Positions 60,351 through 64,000 of a DNA stretch of 64,000 nucleotides are shown piece after piece. Source of the DNA: an uncultured Phycisphaerales bacterium (lineage in GTDB: Bacteria; Planctomycetota; Phycisphaerae; Tepidisphaerales; Tepidisphaeraceae); assembly GCA_963758525.1 (NCBI GenBank), contig CAVWVQ010000003.1:1280001-1344000 (forward strand), read 5' to 3'. Each line of letters opens with the position of its first letter. The first letter of the stretch is position 1. The position numbers and the translations under genes were made by a program. The notes below the pieces were generated by a model. That model was not told the DNA's origin. It did no database searches and saw only the letters and a program-made list of their open reading frames with translations.

Positions 60351-62267
60351 ATGGCCACCGAAACTTTTCCCATCGATCTGACGAAGCTCAAACCCCTGGC
60401 GCTGGACGTGAAGCAATCCAGTCTCACCGACGAACAGAAGCAGACGCTGAAGTTCAACATCCAGCTTTGCCGGGATGCGATTATCTTCTTCACGGCATAC
60501 GCCGGGGCAAAGGGATTGAGCGGCCATTCCGGCGGCGCGTACGACACCGTTCCGGAGGTGATGATCATCCGGGGATTCATTGCCGGCGGCGCGCCGATCG
60601 TTCCGATCTTCTTCGATGAAGCGGGCCATCGCGTGGCGACGCAATATCTTCTGAGCGTGCTCAACGGCGCGATGCCCGCCGAGAAGCTGTTGCACTATCG
60701 CGAATTCAATCAGGGCCTGCCGGGCCATCCGGAAAAATTCCTCACTCCCGGCGTTGACTTCAGCTCCGGCCGATTGGGCCACATGTGGGCGTTCGCCAAT
60801 GGCGTGGCGATGGCGAATCCCGGTAAGGCGGTGGTGCTGCTGGGCTCCGACGGCAGCCAGATGGAAGGCGACAATGCCGAGGCCGCCCGGCTGGCGGTTG
60901 GCAAGAACATCAACATCAAGGTGCTGGTGGATGACAACAACGTCACCATCGCCGGGCATCCGCAGGAATACATGCCGGACTATGATCTGACACGCACGCT
61001 CAGCGGCCACGGCCTGAACACCGAAACGACCATGGGCGAGGATCTTGATGCCCTCTACACCGACCTGACCCGCGCCTTCGCCGCCAACGGTCCGCGAGCG
61101 ATTGTCATCAAGCGCCCGATGGCGCCGGGCATCGAAGGAGCCGAAGGGTCGCCGCACGCGCACGAGGTGCTCAAGCCCGAAACCGCCATCAAATACCTGG
61201 AAAAGCGCGGCGGATATGAAAAAGCCATCGAACTGCTCAAATCCGCAAAGGGAGACAAGAGCCCGATCGTTTACAAAGGCTCAAGCGGAGTCGGCAAGAA
61301 TCGCGACGACTTCGGGAAGATCATCAACAAGATTCTCGACAAGATCCCCGAAGAGAAACGCATCGCCACGGTGCGCGTCTTCGACAACGATCTGGAAGGC
61401 TCGTGCGGGCTGCAACACATTCGCAAAGCGCATCCCGAGGTGTTCGTTCGCGGCGGGATTATGGAGCGCGGAAATTTCTCCGCCGCGTCCGGCTTCGGCT
61501 CGGAAAAGGGCAAGCAGGGGATCTTCGCCACGTTCAGCGCGTTTCTGGAAATGTGCATCAGTGAAATAACGATGGCCCGGCTGAACTTCTCCAACGTGCT
61601 GGCCCACTTCAGCCATAGCGGCGTCGACGACATGGCCGACAACACCTGCCACTTCGGAATCAACAGCATGTACGCCGACGGCGGCGTAAAACCGGGCCAT
61701 GGCGACGATACGACCCGGCTCTATTTCCCCGCCGACCAGCATCAATTCGCCGCCTGCATCGAGACGATTTTTGATCAGCCTGGCCTGCGGTTCCTCTTCA
61801 GCAACCGCGCGGCGGTGCCCGATCTGCTCGACGATTCCGGCAAGCCGATCTACCAGGGCAAGCCGTTCGAGCCCGGCAAGGACTACATCGTCCGCGAAGC
61901 CGGCGCCGGGCAGGGATATATCGTCGCGTTTGGCGAAACGGTCTATCGCGCTCTCGACGCAGTGCTCACCCTCAAGGCCCAGGGCAAACAGATCGGCCTC
62001 GTGAACAAACCGACGTTGAATGTTGTGGACACTGAAATGATGAAGAAGCTCGCCGCCGCCCCCTGGGTGCTGGTGGCCGAAGGGTTCAACGTCAAAACGG
62101 GCTTGGGCAGTCGCTTCGGAAGCTATCTGCTCCAGGCCGGCTTCAAAGGAAAATACAACCATATCGGCACCCACAAAGAAGGTTGCGGCGGGCTCTGGCA
62201 ACAGATGGGTTATCAGGGCCTCGACCCCGAAGGAATCTTGAAAGCTGTCAAGCCGCTGATGGGATGA
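60351..62267 (+). CDS. Transketolase-family ThDP enzyme (divergent type)
   Basis: GHSGG, PGHPE, SSGRLGH, GSDGSQMEG...DDN ThDP motif, GIMER, ATFSAF, SHSGVD. Confidence 0.88.
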   Translation: MATETFPIDLTKLKPLALDVKQSSLTDEQKQTLKFNIQLCRDAIIFFTAYAGAKGLSGHSGGAYDTVPEVMIIRGFIAGGAPIVPIFFDEAGHRVATQYLLSVLNGAMPAEKLLHYREFNQGLPGHPEKFLTPGVDFSSGRLGHMWAFANGVAMANPGKAVVLLGSDGSQMEGDNAEAARLAVGKNINIKVLVDDNNVTIAGHPQEYMPDYDLTRTLSGHGLNTETTMGEDLDALYTDLTRAFAANGPRAIVIKRPMAPGIEGAEGSPHAHEVLKPETAIKYLEKRGGYEKAIELLKSAKGDKSPIVYKGSSGVGKNRDDFGKIINKILDKIPEEKRIATVRVFDNDLEGSCGLQHIRKAHPEVFVRGGIMERGNFSAASGFGSEKGKQGIFATFSAFLEMCISEITMARLNFSNVLAHFSHSGVDDMADNTCHFGINSMYADGGVKPGHGDDTTRLYFPADQHQFAACIETIFDQPGLRFLFSNRAAVPDLLDDSGKPIYQGKPFEPGKDYIVREAGAGQGYIVAFGETVYRALDAVLTLKAQGKQIGLVNKPTLNVVDTEMMKKLAAAPWVLVAEGFNVKTGLGSRFGSYLLQAGFKGKYNHIGTHKEGCGGLWQQMGYQGLDPEGILKAVKPLMG

Positions 62268-62361
62268 TGCAGCGCCGAAAATGCTGGCGCGGCACTTCTG
62301 GACGTTGTGTTGCTTCGTTGTGCGCCGCCCGTGCTGCGAGGGTTTCTTCACGAACCGGAAA

Positions 62362-63139
62362 CGCGGCCCTCCGGGCTGCCGCTAAACCGGGAGGGACGTG
62401 AGCGCCTCAGCGAGTGTTCTCGGATTGTTTAGCGACCGCCCGGAGGGACGTGCTCTCTTTTCCGCGATCTCGACAGTCGCGACCTCATCCGATCTTGTAC
62501 TGTCGAACAAACTCCCAATTCTGCTCTGGCAACCCCGCGCGGGTCAGATTATCGCGAGCATATTGGATGCGCCCGATCACATCCGAAGGCGTATTGAGGA
62601 AGATCTTCCGCAGCCCTACTGCCCAAGGCGAAGGAGTTCCCCCGCGAGCATTCTGCGCGCCCGCCATCGGATGAATTCCCCGCTCGCCCAGAACCCGGCT
62701 TGCCGAGCCCTTCAGTCGATTCACGACTTGCTCGATCGGGTAAGAGTGTCGCGCGACCACGAGATGCGTGTGATCCGGCAGAATCGCGCACGCGTAAACG
62801 ACGAAGCCCGAACGGCGCACGCCATCCGCAAACCCATCTGCAATTGCCTGAATCTGCTCCGTGGTAAACCGCACCGGCGGATACGTGAGCGCGTTCTTCG
62901 CCGCGGCTCGCGTCGCACGTTGTTCGCGCGTGAGCGGCGCGCCAGCCACCGAATGCCGCACCTGTACCTGTGTCGCTCGTCCAAATTGCAACAACTCCGG
63001 GCGGCGGACGTAGTCCGAGCCCGAACCACGTGGATCATTGGACAACCAGAATCCGTACGCGGTAATGATCGCATGGTACGCAATAACCATGGGTTCTCTG
63101 AATAGCGTCAACCCGTTCAGCGGCGCGCCCGGAGGGCCG
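62362..63139. mobile_element. REP-flanked stand-alone RAYT-like locus
   Basis: GTTTAGCGGC.GCCCGGAGGGCCG-type arms at 62362-62387, 62427-62450 and 63115-63139 around the transposase gene. Confidence 0.78.
62485..63090 (-). CDS. Divergent Y1 HUH transposase (RAYT-like)
   Basis: YH...TAYGFWL.NDPRG, ACAILPDHTHLVV (HUH), LKG.ASR, W, and IQYARDN candidate catalytic Tyr. Confidence 0.8.
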   Translation of the reverse strand: MVIAYHAIITAYGFWLSNDPRGSGSDYVRRPELLQFGRATQVQVRHSVAGAPLTREQRATRAAAKNALTYPPVRFTTEQIQAIADGFADGVRRSGFVVYACAILPDHTHLVVARHSYPIEQVVNRLKGSASRVLGERGIHPMAGAQNARGGTPSPWAVGLRKIFLNTPSDVIGRIQYARDNLTRAGLPEQNWEFVRQYKIG

Positions 63140-63400
63140 TGCGCTCAGCACGCAATATGCGGAAGTCTCGCAAAGATTTCAAAACAATCCGCGAATCGCG
63201 ACAGAGCTACCGCGAAAATGAACCCGCACCTTTCAATTCCACCTCCAGAACTCCGCCTGATCCCATAGCGGGTGTTCGTCGAGCGACTCGGCGAGCTCCG
63301 CGTCCAAAGTCCGCGCCTGTGAAACGGATCTTGCCTTACATCGAATCACAACGGCCAGCACGACCACGGCGATTGCCGATTCCTTCGTTGAACGGACTGG

Positions 63401-63970
63401 TCACAGGATCGCCGCAAATTCCTTGAGCCGGATGACGGTCTGCGCAAGCTGCTGTTGGGCAAGGCTCTCCAGGAATTCACCCACTGTCTTCTGGGGATTT
63501 TTCAAGCTTTGACGATGACGGCGCGCGGCTGCGCACACGGCGAGACTGTCTAGTTCGACCAGACGGCTGACGAAAAGGTCGGGGTGCAGTGCCTCGATTC
63601 CGAGCGGATCGAGCACATGCTTCGGAAAATCGTCGAGGTTGAATGTCACAATAACGTCGGCACCGCAGTGGACGGCAGCAGCCAATACGTGCCGGTCGTT
63701 CGCATCGGGTAACGTCAAATCGCTTATGAGATTTTCGTATCCGGTGACGAGACTGTCCAGAACGTGAGCATTCATCAGCTTTCGCGTACGGGCAAGTTGC
63801 TCGGCCCTCAGGTCGGGCCGGTTTGCCAAGACGCTGCGAATCCATTCATCATGAATCTGATCCGTCCAACGCGCGCGAAAAAGGTCAGTCATCGCCAGGT
63901 GCATCAGCAAGTCGCGCAGCGGAGCGGGATAGAGTACGCAAGCATCATAAAGGGCCGTAAAAGCGGCCAT
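63401..63970 (-). CDS. PIN-domain protein (putative toxin)
   Basis: ALYDACVLYP, W...I.DEW, LPD.NDRHVLAAA, IVTFNL.DFP. Confidence 0.92.
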   Translation of the reverse strand: MAAFTALYDACVLYPAPLRDLLMHLAMTDLFRARWTDQIHDEWIRSVLANRPDLRAEQLARTRKLMNAHVLDSLVTGYENLISDLTLPDANDRHVLAAAVHCGADVIVTFNLDDFPKHVLDPLGIEALHPDLFVSRLVELDSLAVCAAARRHRQSLKNPQKTVGEFLESLAQQQLAQTVIRLKEFAAIL

Positions 63971-63985
63971 TGAAGCGGTCCCCCT

Positions 63986-64000
63986 CTAATAGCCCATCTT
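63986..64000 (-). CDS. 3' end of an upstream gene, possibly the HTH antitoxin partner
   Basis: Reads KMGY-stop immediately upstream of the PIN RBS; only 5 codons are visible. Confidence 0.35.
   Translation of the reverse strand, partial: KMGY

Overview
GC-rich bacterial chromosome segment. Gene content (DUF4159 protein, futalosine-pathway genes, ribH/nusB/ftsY, csrA) suggests a planctomycete, probably Phycisphaerae; this is an inference. It carries mostly housekeeping and metabolic genes: uvrA (5' part), recJ, purU, ubiX-ubiA-mqnE, ftsY, nusB, ribH, a heptose/nucleotide-sugar cluster with its own transaldolase, a DinG helicase, rsmG, thiS-thiG, serA, ABC transporters, a GH13 enzyme and a transketolase. 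There are also two toxin-antitoxin loci (MNT-HEPN and PIN). Four things stand out. (1) A motif-complete REP-associated tyrosine transposase (RAYT) domain, bounded by perfect 27-bp inverted REPs, sits exactly in frame (750 bp, 250 codons) inside the DinG helicase gene. (2) There is an apparent CsrA-cytosine-deaminase fusion. (3) A 143-bp MITE with short terminal inverted repeats and 8-bp target duplications carries a GTAG REP doublet. (4) More than 10 short palindromic or tandem repeat families are present, and several have entered coding sequences or supply stop codons. About 11 conserved genes show 1-2 bp frameshifts, most likely uncorrected sequencing indels, so fusion and pseudogene calls need read-level checks. 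I recognised no rRNA, tRNA or CRISPR array. All family assignments come from motif recognition by eye, not from database searches.
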